Below, in pieces: positions 34,336-46,500 of a stretch of DNA of 48,789 nt; positions within the stretch are counted from its first letter, which is position 1, and each line of letters begins with the position of its first letter. The DNA lies in sequence record OP617742.1; one strand, 5' to 3'. The notes under the pieces are model-generated. The model worked only from the letters and a program-made list of their open reading frames with translations. It searched no databases and was not told the origin of the DNA. A program made the translations under genes and the position numbers. This DNA is from Klebsiella phage KP13-2.

Positions 34336-34399
34336 ATTGCATTGTATTCTGCAATGTGCTTTAATTTGAAACCTAAAGTAAACCAATGGAGCATTAACA

Positions 34400-34687
34400 A
34401 TGGCCAGTAAAAAAGAAACCGTAGAAACCGCAGAAATCACCAATGCAGCGCAGGAATCGCAGGTTGTTCAACTGCAAAACGTTGGTGCATGTGCAATTCG
34501 CTATAAAGGCAAAAATTACGTATATGAGCAGGTTTTCGAAGTGCCAGAAAGCGAGATCGACCGCTTCCGCCACGAAATCTTCAAAGGCCGGGTCGAGTTC
34601 TACGACAATCCGAAACGCACGCGCGAATACATCGCGGCAGTGAAGGCTAAAGCGAAAGAGATCGTGCAGCCTAAAAGCGCGGAATAA
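34400..34687 (+). CDS. Hypothetical head-associated protein
   Basis: Position in head module. Confidence 0.55.
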   Translation: MASKKETVETAEITNAAQESQVVQLQNVGACAIRYKGKNYVYEQVFEVPESEIDRFRHEIFKGRVEFYDNPKRTREYIAAVKAKAKEIVQPKSAE

Positions 34688-34740
34688 CAAAAACCAACAA
34701 AGGGCGATTCGGCGCCCTTTTTCATATCAGGAGAGCGACC

Positions 34741-35157
34741 ATGAATTACACAATTCAAGATGTGAACGATAAAATGCGCAGCCTTGCGCCTCCACTTAAA
34801 AAAGTACCCGACGAACTGCTAACCGCATGGGTCGTGCTTGCTGAGGAGTTCGTTTGCAAATCAAGGTTCGGTGATTCCATTGTTACAGCGATCGCACTTA
34901 TGACCATGCACCTAATGTTTTTGGATGGCGCAATGAAGCAAGAAGGCGAAAGCCTGGAGTCTTACACGCAGCGAGTGGCATCATTCACCCTGACCGGGGA
35001 GTTTTCCCAAACCTTCGATCGCGTATCGGCGTCAAGCGACAACGAAATGCTTTCTACGCCGTGGGGCAAAATGTACTGGCGTATGCTCAAGATGCGCGGC
35101 GGCGGCTTCGGCCTTCTTACCGCCGGGAACGTGCGCCGCTGCGGAATTGGTAGGTGA
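34741..35157 (+). CDS. Head-tail connector/neck protein (DUF4054-like)
   Basis: [24 protein letters not shown]; position. Confidence 0.65.
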   Translation: MNYTIQDVNDKMRSLAPPLKKVPDELLTAWVVLAEEFVCKSRFGDSIVTAIALMTMHLMFLDGAMKQEGESLESYTQRVASFTLTGEFSQTFDRVSASSDNEMLSTPWGKMYWRMLKMRGGGFGLLTAGNVRRCGIGR

Positions 35158-35162
35158 TCGTT

Positions 35163-35540
35163 ATGAACTACAAACAAATCCAGGCACGCGCAAGCGAGGG
35201 CATCAAGTTTTTCAGTGACGCTGACGGCGTATTCAACAAGTACACGAAAGGCGCTGGCGGCGGAATCGATCCGGAAACCGGGGAAGATATCATTCCTGGA
35301 GAGGTGGTAACGACAATCAAGGGCGCGATCAGGGATGTAAATGACCGTGACATTAACGGAGAAACCATCCTGGCTGGCGATAAGCGCGGGTTTTTCACTC
35401 ATGATGTGCCAATCATGGAGGGTGACGAAATCGAAGTAGACGGCGAGCGCTACCGCGTGGTTAATGCCCGCCCGGTAAAACCAACGGGAACCGTTGTCGC
35501 CTACCGTCCAGTTTTACGCAGGGTGGCGACTTATGGCTAA
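35163..35540 (+). CDS. Head-tail joining protein
   Basis: DVPIMEGDEIEVDGERYRVVNARPV; position. Confidence 0.6.
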   Translation: MNYKQIQARASEGIKFFSDADGVFNKYTKGAGGGIDPETGEDIIPGEVVTTIKGAIRDVNDRDINGETILAGDKRGFFTHDVPIMEGDEIEVDGERYRVVNARPVKPTGTVVAYRPVLRRVATYG

Positions 35541-35970
35541 TTATACGATCCGGGAGTTCACAGGGGCTATTGATGCATGGTGTAAGGCCGCTGGTGATGC
35601 GCTGGAGGACGTTGTAAGGTTTACGTGTGAAGATATTCACCGCGACCTCGTAATGCGTTCTCCAGTTGATACAGGGCGCTTCCGTGGTAACTGGCAAATC
35701 ACCTTTAACCGCGCCCCGCTTTACGCGATTAACGCATACGACCAAACTGGCGAAAAGACAATCCAGAACGGTAAAGCCAACATTGCACTATACGCAAAAG
35801 GGGCTGGGATCACTTCGATCTGGTTCAGTAACATGCTAATCTATGCGAACGCGCTGGAATACGGCCATTCAAGGCAGGCTCCAAATGGAGTCATGGGCGT
35901 TGTTGCGATCCGGTTGGGCGTTTATGTTACTGAGGCAATCAAGCGAGCGAGGGCAAAAAATGCATTATGA
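35533..35970 (+). CDS. HK97 gp10-like neck/tail completion protein
   Basis: MRSPVDTGRFRGNWQITFNRAP, typical gp10-like motif. Confidence 0.75.
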   Translation: MANYTIREFTGAIDAWCKAAGDALEDVVRFTCEDIHRDLVMRSPVDTGRFRGNWQITFNRAPLYAINAYDQTGEKTIQNGKANIALYAKGAGITSIWFSNMLIYANALEYGHSRQAPNGVMGVVAIRLGVYVTEAIKRARAKNAL

Positions 35971-36391
35971 TATGGCGTTAAAATGCAAGGCGGTAGTGGC
36001 TAAATTTGCCGCCGAGAACGGGTTAATGGTCGCGGGAGATAACGTTGACTTTAGACCCCCGGCGGGAGGTGAAACCTACCTTAAAGTCTCCTACGTCGAG
36101 GCGTATTCAAGATCGGTTGACATCTCAAGGAAATGCAGAGTCTATATGGGGATGGTTCAGATTGACGTTATCTTTAAGCCTGGGATCGGAACCGACTCCG
36201 CAAGGCTCATTGCGCAAAACGTTGCAAAATATTTCCCTGAAGGTGAAATCATTGATTCTGTTAATAAAGTTTATGTTAGCGAATGGGCGGAAGTTTCCGG
36301 CGTGCAGAGGCACGAAACTGGTTGGTTTTTCCCGGTTAGGTTCACAGTAAGATGCAACAGCGTGGAGGATAGCGGTTATCCAACCACATAA
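35960..36391 (+). CDS. Tail terminator-like (DUF4128-like) protein
   Basis: Position; MHYDMALKCKAVVAKFAAENGL. Confidence 0.6.
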   Translation: MHYDMALKCKAVVAKFAAENGLMVAGDNVDFRPPAGGETYLKVSYVEAYSRSVDISRKCRVYMGMVQIDVIFKPGIGTDSARLIAQNVAKYFPEGEIIDSVNKVYVSEWAEVSGVQRHETGWFFPVRFTVRCNSVEDSGYPTT

Positions 36392-36484
36392 CTGATCTTA
36401 GAGGTGCTTATAATTTCTTGCCAGCCTGGAAATATATAGGCATAATGGCGTTGTTAAACTTTCATCAAAACAGGAGTATTCAAC

Positions 36485-37141
36485 ATGCATTTACCAAACG
36501 GTGCAAAAGTCTTCTTTGAGAAGGCTCGCGGTGCGGAGGTTCCGTTTACTGCAATGACCAATGACGTGAAAAACCCAAAAATCACGGTGGCAGATGGTGC
36601 GCTCGACGTTAACGATATCGTAATCTTTACCGATTGCACCTGGAGCGACTTTGTAAATAAAGTGGCCCGCGTCAAGTCGGTGTCGTCTGGCGTAGCAACG
36701 CTGGAAGAGTTCGACACATCCGACACTAACAAGTACCCCGGCGGTGCGGCCACTGGTAACGTGAGCGTGATCACTGATTGGGTCGAATTGCCTTGCATTC
36801 AGGATTTAGGCAAAGACGGCAACGAACAGCAGTTCTATAACTATCAGTGCCTTGGCGATGAGCGCGAGCAATCCGAACCTACTTACAAGTCGGCGGTGAC
36901 GCTTAACTACACGTTTGCGCACGAGTACGATAACGCAATCTACCCGGTGTTGCGTTCAGCAGACGCCAGCAAGCAGGCGAAAGCGATGTACATGTATATC
37001 CCGCGAGCTTCCGAGGTTCGTTACTGGTCTGGAACTGCATCTTTCGATGACATTCCTTCCACGGCTGTTAACGAGATGGAAACGGTAACGCTTAACATTG
37101 CGCTTAAAGGTGCGCACGTCTTCCTTCCGGTTGTCGCGTAA
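36485..37141 (+). CDS. Major tail tube protein
   Basis: MHLPNGAKVFFEKARGAEVPFTAMTNDV...; position between neck and chaperone genes. Confidence 0.75.
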   Translation: MHLPNGAKVFFEKARGAEVPFTAMTNDVKNPKITVADGALDVNDIVIFTDCTWSDFVNKVARVKSVSSGVATLEEFDTSDTNKYPGGAATGNVSVITDWVELPCIQDLGKDGNEQQFYNYQCLGDEREQSEPTYKSAVTLNYTFAHEYDNAIYPVLRSADASKQAKAMYMYIPRASEVRYWSGTASFDDIPSTAVNEMETVTLNIALKGAHVFLPVVA

Positions 37142-37217
37142 TTAAATGGCGGGGCTTGTGCCTCGCCTTTTTTTGTGCATAATAGCGAATAACACAAACC
37201 AATCAGGAGTTAACAAA

Positions 37218-37544
37218 ATGGCTAAATTCAAAATTCAAATCGGCGGCAATCTCCCTTCTTTCAAGCTGCCTGTAACCTTCACTTGCCCGGACGGCAAAGA
37301 AGCTACCATCACCATGACCGTAAAACACCGCTCCACCGATGAGATGAAAGACTTTTATGAGAGCGAAGATAAAGCGCCAAAGGGTAACGCCGAGTTTATC
37401 CGCTTTATGGCTGAAGGCTGGGATCTGGATGACGAATTCAGCGATGAAAACATTTCCTGGCTTTGCGCTCACTTCCCGGCGTTCGTCATGGCACTGCCAC
37501 AAACTTACATGGCCGCGCTTGCGGGCCACCGTGCAAAAGTTTAA
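37218..37544 (+). CDS. Tail assembly chaperone (lambda G-like)
   Basis: MAKFKIQIGGNLPSFKLPVTFTCPDGKEATITMTVKHRSTDEM; upstream of tape measure. Confidence 0.75.
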   Translation: MAKFKIQIGGNLPSFKLPVTFTCPDGKEATITMTVKHRSTDEMKDFYESEDKAPKGNAEFIRFMAEGWDLDDEFSDENISWLCAHFPAFVMALPQTYMAALAGHRAKV

Positions 37545-37858
37545 GGCGGGCTGTTTATCTCACGCTTCAGCCTGAGCTAACCGATCGCCAGCTTGCGGAG
37601 TACGGGTTAAGGCGATCGGACTATGAAGCAGATCTTGAAACGATATATTTTGATGAGCAGACCGCCCAAAGCTGGCAGCTATTCCAGGCCATGCAAACGC
37701 AATGGCGAATCGGGATGAATGGCCCGACGGGGCTTGACTATAATACGTTGCCACTGCTGTTCGAATTGTATAAAATCGACAATCGAGAAGCGGCATTACT
37801 TGACTTGCAGATCCTGGAGGGTGAATACCTGAAGGAGATTTACAAGAAATCAAAATAA
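37535..37858 (+). CDS. Tail chaperone extension (lambda T-like), probably made by -1 frameshift
   Basis: Open in -1 frame: KSLRRAVYLTLQPELTDRQLAEYGLRRSDYEADLETIYFDEQ...; no convincing own start; overlap of the two frames at GCA AAA GTT TAA. Confidence 0.65.
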   Translation, partial: KSLRRAVYLTLQPELTDRQLAEYGLRRSDYEADLETIYFDEQTAQSWQLFQAMQTQWRIGMNGPTGLDYNTLPLLFELYKIDNREAALLDLQILEGEYLKEIYKKSK

Positions 37859-37894
37859 GCGCCTACGGGCGCTTTTTTCATATGGGGGCTAAAC

Positions 37895-40800
37895 ATGGCT
37901 GATAAAGTAGCTGGGTTGACGTTTGGCGTTGACGTTTCGCAGGTTGATAAAGCGGTACGATCACTCGCAGAACTGAAAAACCAAAGCCAGCAAACGGGCG
38001 CTGGCCTACAGTCGCTTGCAGACGCTGAAAAGCGGGCCACGGCGCAGACCGAGGAAATGAACCGCGCGTTGCAGCGCCAGAAGCAAGAGACAGACAAATC
38101 AAAAACCAGCTTTAGCAGGATCGCAAGCGCCATCGATCCCACGATCTCAAAAATGGCCAACTTGCGCAAAGCGACGGAAGAACTTGATAAAGCATGGGCT
38201 TTGGGGCTTGTTCCAGATAAGGAATTTTTCCGCCTGGGCGCTATCATTGAATCAACAACCAATAAGCTGAGACAGCAGCAGTTGGCGCTAACCGAAGAAG
38301 GCCGCGCAGCAATCGCAGAGGCGGAGGCGAAGCAGAAAGCAGCAAACGCCGGGCGTGATTTTGTCGCAAGCCTGAAACAGCAGGCTGACTCCATCGGGAA
38401 AACACGCGCCGAACTGCTGGAAATGAAGGCGGCGCAATTGGGCGTATCGGCAGAAGCGGCACCGTTCATTAATACCCTGAAGCAGCAGGAGCAGGCGTTA
38501 AAAAAACAGCAGAGCGCGATGGGCCTCGCTGGCATTTCTGCCGGGCAGTATCAAGCGGCAATGCGCCAGCTTCCAGCGCAGATCACGGACGTTGTAACGT
38601 CACTTGCTTCAGGTATGCCAGTCTGGATGGTTGCAATTCAGCAGGGAGGGCAAATCAAGGATAGCTTTGGCGGCGTAGGGAATGCATTTCAGGCGCTGAA
38701 AAATTTAATCTTTGGCACGAGTTCTGAGATTGATGAATCTCTGGACGAAACCAGCGAAAGCGCCAACGATCTTGCTGAGAGCTTTAATAATACAACCGAG
38801 GCTGGCGAGAAAATGGGCGGCCTTATTAGGTTCATTAACCCCGTAACCATCGGCGCGGTTGCTCTTGGGGTTGCTATCGCAGCAATTGCAAAGGCTGGTT
38901 TCGATGCGTGGAAGTCACAAAGGGATCTGGCGAATGCGCTGGTGCTGACTGGTGGGTATGCTGCCACTACCACAGGGCAGATTAACGATCTTGCCAATGA
39001 ATTGAGCGAGACTTCGAGCGCAACCTCCGGGAGAATCCAGGATATCGCGTCAACTTTGGCCTCTTCTGGAAAATACACCATTGGTCAGATTAAGACCATT
39101 ACGAAGACTACGGCGGAATGGGAAGCGCAGACAGGAGAGAGCGGCGATAAGATCAAGGGATACTTTGACCAGATCTTAAAAGATCCGGTTAAGGGGCTTG
39201 CAGATCTTAACGATAAGTTTAACTTCCTGAATGAGGGGCAGCTAACATATATTGAGTCATTGCGCAAAACTAAAGGCGAGACGGCAGCAGCAGACGCAGC
39301 GACAAAACTGTTTGCTGACACGATGGATAAGCGGCTGAAAGATGTGGCTGACAGCGCAACACCTCTTGAAAAAATGTGGATGGATATCAAGAAGTGGGCG
39401 TCTGACTCATGGGATTGGGTTGGAAATCACACGGTAGGGGCGCTAAACCTTATCGTTGATACTGTATCGGCAATCATCAACACGATCAGAAAGTTGATTA
39501 CCGACGGCGACGCTATGATCGCGCAGTTTGTCGTTGACGCTGGCCGGACACTGCAAAAAATTCCCGGCATGGGTGACTTTGGAAATGACTTTCTGGCGCA
39601 GCAGGAGCAGTTAATCAAGGACTCGAAAGCCAAATCCGCCGAGCTTGCAAAAACCATTGCGGAACAGCAAGCAAGGATCGCAAAAGGCGAGATGGGTTAC
39701 ATTGATGCCGCCAACAACAAAGATGTTTCCGGCGGCTACAGCAGCAAAACGAAGGATCGCGTAAATCAGGAAGAAAAAGATATCCTGAAAAACCGCAACG
39801 CAAGGAAGCAGCAGGTAGACGCGGGCGTTAAAATTGATGAGCAGTATCAGGCTGAACTGCTATCGCTCCAGGCGCAGTTGAAGGTTTTGCAGCAGCACAA
39901 AGGTCTTGACGACAAGATCAGCCAGCAGCGCAAGGACTACTTCGAGACGGTTGCTAAATTCCAGGTTTTGGAGGAGGCGAGCCAGAAGCGAAAACTGACC
40001 CAAAGCGAACAGCAGATGCTGGCTAACAAAAAGAATATCCTGTACATGGCAGAGCAAAAGGCCATTGTGGGAGATCGGATTGTTCAGCAGCAGCGACTGA
40101 ACGCATTGCTTGACAAGTCGACCAAGTATCAAAACCAGATGGCGGAGAAAACCAAAGCGCTACAGGATACCGCCGGAATGGGTAGCAAGGAGCAGGAGAG
40201 ATACCGGGCCAATGCGCAGATGGCGGCTGACTGGAAAAACAGCGGCGGATCTTTAAGTGACCCTGGATTTAAAGCCATGCAGGATGCAAGCAATAAATTC
40301 TACGCACAGCAAGATGCGCAAATGCTGAACTGGAAGGCCGGGTTCACTCATGCGTGGGCTGATATTGGCAACGAAGTTAATGACGTGTACAGCAACATCG
40401 GTGATATCACAAAAAGCGCATTTAACGGGATGGCAAGCGTACTGACTGATTTTGTCATGACTGGAAAGGCCAGCTTTGGCGACTTTGCAAAAAGCATTAT
40501 TGGTGACATTACTAACATGCTGATTAAGATGGCGCTGTTTAACTCCATTTCTGCTGCGTTTGGTGGTAGCGCGTTCAGCTTTAGCAAAGGATTTTCTGGT
40601 GGTGGTTACACTGGTGATGGCGGGAAGTATGAGCCAAAAGGCGTTGTTCACGGAGGGGAATTCGTATTCACCAAAGAGGCGACGCAAAGGTTAGGCCCGG
40701 AAAACCTGTACCGACTCATGCGCGGCTATGCAAGTGGTGGCCTGGTTGGCGGTAACTCGAGCTCTGGAACTGGAATCACCAACGGCGGCAACGTTGCGGC

Positions 40801-40972
40801 ATCTGCGGCGATGGTGTTCACTATCGGTGACATTAACATTACGATGGGTTCCGGTCAGGATAGTAAGGGGATGGAGCAAGGCGTAAGGCAGATCGTGAAC
40901 GATATGTTCACCGAGGCTTTGAGCCAAAACGGGCGCATTGCGAGGTTCGTCAATGAGAAAACGAGGAGGTAG
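37895..40972 (+). CDS. Tape measure protein
   Basis: 1025 aa; coiled coil, central hydrophobic segments, C-terminal [32 protein letters not shown]. Confidence 0.92.
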   Translation: MADKVAGLTFGVDVSQVDKAVRSLAELKNQSQQTGAGLQSLADAEKRATAQTEEMNRALQRQKQETDKSKTSFSRIASAIDPTISKMANLRKATEELDKAWALGLVPDKEFFRLGAIIESTTNKLRQQQLALTEEGRAAIAEAEAKQKAANAGRDFVASLKQQADSIGKTRAELLEMKAAQLGVSAEAAPFINTLKQQEQALKKQQSAMGLAGISAGQYQAAMRQLPAQITDVVTSLASGMPVWMVAIQQGGQIKDSFGGVGNAFQALKNLIFGTSSEIDESLDETSESANDLAESFNNTTEAGEKMGGLIRFINPVTIGAVALGVAIAAIAKAGFDAWKSQRDLANALVLTGGYAATTTGQINDLANELSETSSATSGRIQDIASTLASSGKYTIGQIKTITKTTAEWEAQTGESGDKIKGYFDQILKDPVKGLADLNDKFNFLNEGQLTYIESLRKTKGETAAADAATKLFADTMDKRLKDVADSATPLEKMWMDIKKWASDSWDWVGNHTVGALNLIVDTVSAIINTIRKLITDGDAMIAQFVVDAGRTLQKIPGMGDFGNDFLAQQEQLIKDSKAKSAELAKTIAEQQARIAKGEMGYIDAANNKDVSGGYSSKTKDRVNQEEKDILKNRNARKQQVDAGVKIDEQYQAELLSLQAQLKVLQQHKGLDDKISQQRKDYFETVAKFQVLEEASQKRKLTQSEQQMLANKKNILYMAEQKAIVGDRIVQQQRLNALLDKSTKYQNQMAEKTKALQDTAGMGSKEQERYRANAQMAADWKNSGGSLSDPGFKAMQDASNKFYAQQDAQMLNWKAGFTHAWADIGNEVNDVYSNIGDITKSAFNGMASVLTDFVMTGKASFGDFAKSIIGDITNMLIKMALFNSISAAFGGSAFSFSKGFSGGGYTGDGGKYEPKGVVHGGEFVFTKEATQRLGPENLYRLMRGYASGGLVGGNSSSGTGITNGGNVAASAAMVFTIGDINITMGSGQDSKGMEQGVRQIVNDMFTEALSQNGRIARFVNEKTRR

Positions 40973-40974
40973 TA

Positions 40975-41319
40975 GTGGATTCCTTTAAATGGTGTACACA
41001 AATTCAAGGAGGGGCGGCAAAGGTCGCCATCTCCAACAACATTCGATCGATTGTTTTCGGAAACGGCTACATCCAAACGGCATCGAGCGGAATTAACACA
41101 AAGCGCAGGACGGTTCCGATTGTTTATGGCGGTTCAGATTGGGAGGAGGTTTATAACTTCTGTCAGGATCACGTAACAAAGCCTTTTGTGTGGAAGGCAC
41201 CGGATGGAAGAATGGGCGTATTCGTCGTAACTGCCGACTCCGTTAACCTTGCGCCGCAGGGTGGCGGGGTGTTTGAGGTAACGGCTGAATTCGCCGAACG
41301 CTTCACTTCAGCCGGATAA
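40975..41319 (+). CDS. Minor tail protein, lambda gpM-like (GTG start)
   Basis: Order TMP-M-L-K-I-J; GTG at 40975 after GAGGAGG. Confidence 0.75.
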   Translation: MDSFKWCTQIQGGAAKVAISNNIRSIVFGNGYIQTASSGINTKRRTVPIVYGGSDWEEVYNFCQDHVTKPFVWKAPDGRMGVFVVTADSVNLAPQGGGVFEVTAEFAERFTSAG

Positions 41320-41388
41320 TCAAAAAGCGCCCTTTACGGGTGCTTTTTTTTGGCCTATGATCTGGAGTCAATTAGAGGAGGGCTTACG

Positions 41389-42141
41389 ATGACAGCCAAT
41401 GTTTCAAAAGAGTTTGCGAACTGCTTACAAAAACTTTTCCCCGGCGAGATCCTAACGCTGATCGATATCGACGCCACAAAGTTCGGCGGGCAGGTCTACC
41501 GATTCCATAACGAGAACGTCGCCTATACAACCGAGGAGCTTTTGGCAGCGGTTAACGGCGGGACGCTTCAGCCAAAGATGATCACGTTTCGCGGCGAGCA
41601 GTACGGCCCGCGCCCGTTCGGCCTGGGCGGGATCGCAATGTCGAGCGATGGCACAGTGGAAAAGCCAACGCTGACGGTTAGCAATATCGATGCGCAAGCG
41701 AGTGCTCTTATTCGCGCCTACAACGGCCTCATGCAGGCCAAAGTTACGGTATGGGTTTTGGTCAAGGAATTGCTACAAAACGACGGCAGCGTTAAAGAGG
41801 GCGATTTTAGGCGATTTGTCTACTACATCGAGCGCCCAAAACAGGTCGACCCGCAAAAGGCAACGTTCGAATTAACATCCGTGTTTGATATGGATGGATT
41901 AATGATCCCGGCACGCCTAACGCAAACCGTTTGTTATTGGGCGCAGCGTGGCTGGTACAAGTCTGGCAAAGGCTGCGACTACAACGGGCAGAACGGATAC
42001 TTCGACAAGTTAGGGAACAGGGTTGACGATCCGTCGCGGGATGTTTGCGGCGGTCTGGTTTCTTCTTGCAGGCTTCGTTTTGGTAATGAGCCGCTGAGTT
42101 TCGGCGGTTGTGCGACAGCAACGTTAAAGAGTGGTAGCTAA
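41389..42141 (+). CDS. Minor tail protein, lambda gpL-like
   Basis: Conserved C-terminal Cys set CYWAQRGWYKSGKGCDY...DVCGGLVSSCRLRFG; ATG 41389 after GAGGAGG. Confidence 0.85.
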   Translation: MTANVSKEFANCLQKLFPGEILTLIDIDATKFGGQVYRFHNENVAYTTEELLAAVNGGTLQPKMITFRGEQYGPRPFGLGGIAMSSDGTVEKPTLTVSNIDAQASALIRAYNGLMQAKVTVWVLVKELLQNDGSVKEGDFRRFVYYIERPKQVDPQKATFELTSVFDMDGLMIPARLTQTVCYWAQRGWYKSGKGCDYNGQNGYFDKLGNRVDDPSRDVCGGLVSSCRLRFGNEPLSFGGCATATLKSGS

Positions 42142-42142
42142 T

Positions 42143-42880
42143 ATGTTAACCCCAAAAATCAAAATGCAGATCATGCAGCACGCGAAGGAAGTCTACCCGC
42201 ACGAATGCGCCGGGCTGGTAACGCAAAAATCACGCGTGCAGAAATATCACCGACTAGACAACGTTTCTCCGGATCCTGAGAACGAATCAATGCCGGATGA
42301 AACGCAGTATGCGATGGCGGCAATGGATGGCGAGCCGATCGCCTTCGTTCACTCCCACACTGGCGACGGGGCAACCACCGTTCCGAGCGCCACAGATTTA
42401 TGCTTCTGTGATGAATCTGGCTTGTCGTGGGTTATCGTCTCCATCCCGGAAGGCGATATGCGAATCATTGAGCCGAAGCGCCGCCCGCTGATTGGTCGAC
42501 CCTGGGCGCTGGGGGCTTACGATTGCTATGGCCTTATTATGGATTTTCACAAGCGCCACGGCGTAACGCTAAAAGATCGGCGGGTTCCGTTCGAATGGTG
42601 GAAGCCGGAATACAAAGAGAATCTTTACCAGGACTACTGGCAAGAGGACGGGTTCATTGAAAACACTGGCGAGCCTGAAGTTGGCGATATGATCATTTTT
42701 CAGCTTCAGGCGGAGAAGTGGAATCACGCGGGGATTTACGTTGGAAATAACAACATCCTTCATCACGCATATGGCAAGCTGTCTCGCCGGGATATCTATT
42801 CTGGATGGTACGAGCAGCACAAGGTTTTAATTTGCAGGCATAAGGAGCTAAAACATGGCATCACATACAAAGACGATTAA
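42143..42880 (+). CDS. Tail tip assembly protein, lambda gpK-like (JAMM plus NlpC/P60)
   Basis: HECAGL...AFVHSHTGDGATTVPSATD (JAMM), WALGAYDCYGLIMDF...WNHAGIYVGNN (NlpC/P60). Confidence 0.88.
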   Translation: MLTPKIKMQIMQHAKEVYPHECAGLVTQKSRVQKYHRLDNVSPDPENESMPDETQYAMAAMDGEPIAFVHSHTGDGATTVPSATDLCFCDESGLSWVIVSIPEGDMRIIEPKRRPLIGRPWALGAYDCYGLIMDFHKRHGVTLKDRRVPFEWWKPEYKENLYQDYWQEDGFIENTGEPEVGDMIIFQLQAEKWNHAGIYVGNNNILHHAYGKLSRRDIYSGWYEQHKVLICRHKELKHGITYKDD

Positions 42881-43457
42881 ACTATCTGGCTCCCTGGGTC
42901 GTCGGTTCGGTGTCTTCCACAAACTTGCGGTTGATTCAGTCGCTGAATGTATCCGGGCGCTGTCTTACCAGATTGAAGGGTTTAAGCCGTTCATGCAGAG
43001 CAAAGTTGGTTCAAACATGCGCTTCGGCATCATCGCAGACGGAAAACCAATCAGCACGGACGACTTTTCTACTTTCGCCGTTGCAAAGGAGATTCGAATC
43101 ATCCCGATCCCAAGAGCCAGAAAGAACGGAGGGTTGTTGCAGGTCGTTATCGGAGCGGCGATTATGGTTGCGGCCTTCTTTACTGGCGGAGGTTCGCTGG
43201 CGGCTATGGGCGCTTTTTCGTCGGCGGCTTTTATGGCTGGCGGCTCAATGGTTTTGGGTGGCGTAATGCAGATGATCGCACCGCAGATGGGCGGCAACAT
43301 GCGGGCGAGCGAATCGCCTGAGAATAAGCCATCGTATGCGTTCGGCGGGCCGATTAATACCACGGCGGCCGGGTATCCAATCCAGTTGCCATACGGTTAC
43401 AGATTGGCTGGCGGCGCATTGTTCGGTTCGGGATCTTACGCAGAAGACAACAACTAA
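42855..43457 (+). CDS. Tail assembly protein, lambda gpI-like
   Basis: Ubiquitin-like N-terminus, Gly/Ala-rich hydrophobic middle VVIGAAIMVAAFFTGGGSLAAMGAFSSAAF. Confidence 0.85.
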   Translation: MASHTKTIKLSGSLGRRFGVFHKLAVDSVAECIRALSYQIEGFKPFMQSKVGSNMRFGIIADGKPISTDDFSTFAVAKEIRIIPIPRARKNGGLLQVVIGAAIMVAAFFTGGGSLAAMGAFSSAAFMAGGSMVLGGVMQMIAPQMGGNMRASESPENKPSYAFGGPINTTAAGYPIQLPYGYRLAGGALFGSGSYAEDNN

Positions 43458-43544
43458 TTAAGCCATTCGCTTTTTAGCCTGGGGGCGTAGCCTCCGGGCT
43501 TTTTGTCGTGTACAATTGCGAGACTATTAACAGGAGGCTAAACG

Positions 43545-46500
43545 ATGACTAATATCAAGGCCCGCAAGGGTGGTTCAAGCAAGCCACGTACTCCCGTAGA
43601 AATGCCAGATAACCTGATCTCAAAAGATAAGATCAAGTTATTGCTTGCTGTTTCGGATGGCGAGGTGGTTAACGACTTCAGCCTGAAGCAGTTGCATTTT
43701 GGCGGCGTCCCGGTTCAGAACGAGGATGGAACATTCAACTATGAGGGCGTGATTGCAGAGTTCCGCCCCGGCACGCAAACGCAGGACTACATTCAGGGCT
43801 TCAGCGAGTCAAGTGCTGAATTCCAGGTTGCTCGTGAAGTAACTCACAACACGCCTTATACGCTTACCGTATCGAACAAAAATCTTTCTGCTATTCGCTT
43901 TCGCCTGTTATGGCCGCGCGTGCTGACTCAAAAAGATAACGGCGATATGGTCGGATCGGTTGTTGAGTACAAGATCGAGATGGCGGTAGATGGTGCAAGT
44001 TATCAGACCTACCTAACTGGCAAGATTGACGGTAAGAACACGACTGGCGGTTACGATCGGAGCATTCGCGTTAACCTGCCGCAAAACTTCACGTCGCAGG
44101 TGCTTATCCGCGTTAGTCGAGTAACGCCGGACGCTGACGGGGTGAAAGTTGTCGACGCTTTCCGGGTTGAATCCTACGCTGAAGTTATTGATGCAAAATT
44201 CCGCTACCCGTTAACGGCCATGCTTTACGTTGAGTTCGATAGCGACCTGCTCCAAAATCAGATCCCTACTATCTCACTCAAAAAGAAATGGAAGATTATT
44301 CAGGTTCCGAGAAACTACGATCCGATTAATCGCACGTACTCCGGAACGTGGGACGGTGTTTTCAAGTGGGCGTGGAGCAATAACCCGGCCTGGGTTCTTT
44401 ATGATCTGATCATGAATCAGCGCTATGGTTTAGACCAGCGTGAGTTAGGAATCCCGGTTGATAAGTGGTCGCTGTATGAGGTGGCGCAATATTGTGATGA
44501 ACTTGTTCCTGACAATCGCGGCGGGATGGAACCGCGCTATTTGATGGATGTAGTTGTTCAGTCGCAGGTTGAGGCGTTCCAGTTGGTAAGGGATATTTGT
44601 TCCGCGTTCCGTGGAATGACGTTCTACAACGGTGAAAGCCTATCGATTATCGTCGATAAGCCGCGCGATCCTGTGTACCTGTTTACGGCTGATAACGTCG
44701 TTGATGGCGTTTTCGTTAGGACGTTCCCAAGCGAAAAGACGATGTATACGTCGTGCAACGTCATGTTCGACGACGAAGAAAACCAGTACGAACAGGATGT
44801 TGAACCAGTATTCAACCCTGACGCAGCCATGCGGTTCGGCCACAACCCGACCAGCATTACAGCGATCGGATGCACCAGAAGGACGGAGGCGAACCGCCGT
44901 GGGCGTTGGATTCTGCAAACGAACCTAAGCGCCACAACCGTTTCGTTTTCTACTGGTCTGGAAGGTATGATTCCTTCTTGCGGCGATGTAATTTACGTTG
45001 CAGATCCGCACTGGCAATCGGCCTTTAACCTGGTGCTATCAGGCCGCGTTATGGAGGTGTCTGGCGTGCAGGTGTTCCTGGCCTACCGCTGCGACGCGAA
45101 GGCTGGCGACACTCTGATCCTTAATACCGACGACGGAAAGCCTGTGCGCCGCACAATCGCCAGCGTTTCGGCGGACGGTAAAACCCTAACGCTAAACGTG
45201 GGATTTAATTTTGACGTTGCGCCGGACAGCGTATTCCTGATCGAGAGCGATCAGCTTGCAGCGGAACAGTATGTAGTAACCCGGATTGAAAAGGGTAGTG
45301 ATGACGACGAATTCACCTTTGCCATCACGGCTACGCAGTACAACCCGAACAAGTATGACGCGATCGACAACGGAGTAATTACCGATAGCCGACCAACTTC
45401 GGTTGTCGACCCGGATTCAATGGGCGCTCCGAAAGACTTAACGATTAGCTCGTTTTCTCGCATTGTTCAGGGAATGAGCGTCGAAACGATGGTGATCGGC
45501 TGGTCTGCCGTGCAGTATGCAAAACTGTACGAGGTGCAATGGCGCAAGGATGGCGGTAACTGGAACAACGTCCCGCGCACCGCGACAACGCAGGTTGATA
45601 TCGAAGGCATCTATGCTGGCGAGTATCAGGCCCGCGTGAGGTGCATTAGCGGCGGGAATGTAGCGTCTCCGTGGTCTGCGTTGGCAACCGCCACACTGAC
45701 CGGGAAAGTCGGAGCGCCAAAAGGCCCGATTAACCTGTTTGCGTCGGACGATGAGATCTTTGGCATTCGCGTTAAGTGGGCCATGCCTGAAGGTGCGGAA
45801 GACACGGCATACATTGAACTTTACCAGTCGCAAAGCGGAACCGATCAGGATGCAAGCCTGCTTACCCTGATTCCTTACCCGGCCTCTGAATACTGGCATT
45901 CAATTTTGCCCGCTGGCTACGTGAACTTCTACAAAGCCAGAAGTGTAGACCGTATCGGCAACGTTTCAGCATGGACTGATTACGCTCGCGGCATGTCGTC
46001 TACTGACGTTAACGCCATCACGGATGTGATCCTGGATGAGATCCTCGACAGCGACGCGATGAAAGAACTTCATGAGAGTGCGCAGGATAGCGCGGCAAAA
46101 CTCAATGAATACGCGAACAGTATCATTCAAAACGCATTAGCGAATGATGGCGATGTTAGAATAATGAGAAAGGAGAATGGCAAGAGGAAAGCTGAAATTA
46201 AACGCGCAGAAGTTCTCATAGCAAATGAGACGGAAGCCAGGGTGCAGCAGGTTAACCAGATCTCGGCAGAGTTCAACGAAAACCTCAATGCTGGATTAAC
46301 TCAAGTTAACGAGGCACTAGCCAATGAAACTGAGGCGCGCGTTACTTCCGAGGAGGCTCTATCAGCAAGGATTGGCCAGAACTCCGCAGCGCTAGATCAG
46401 AAACTCGACTCATGGGCTGACGTTAATGGAGTTGGCTCCATGTATACAATGAAGCTAGGACTGACGTACAACGGGCAGGAATACAATTCCGGGATGGCTC

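Noticed and set aside
40253-40687. 144-aa minus-strand ORF
   Set aside because: Antisense to the tape measure gene; no independent support.
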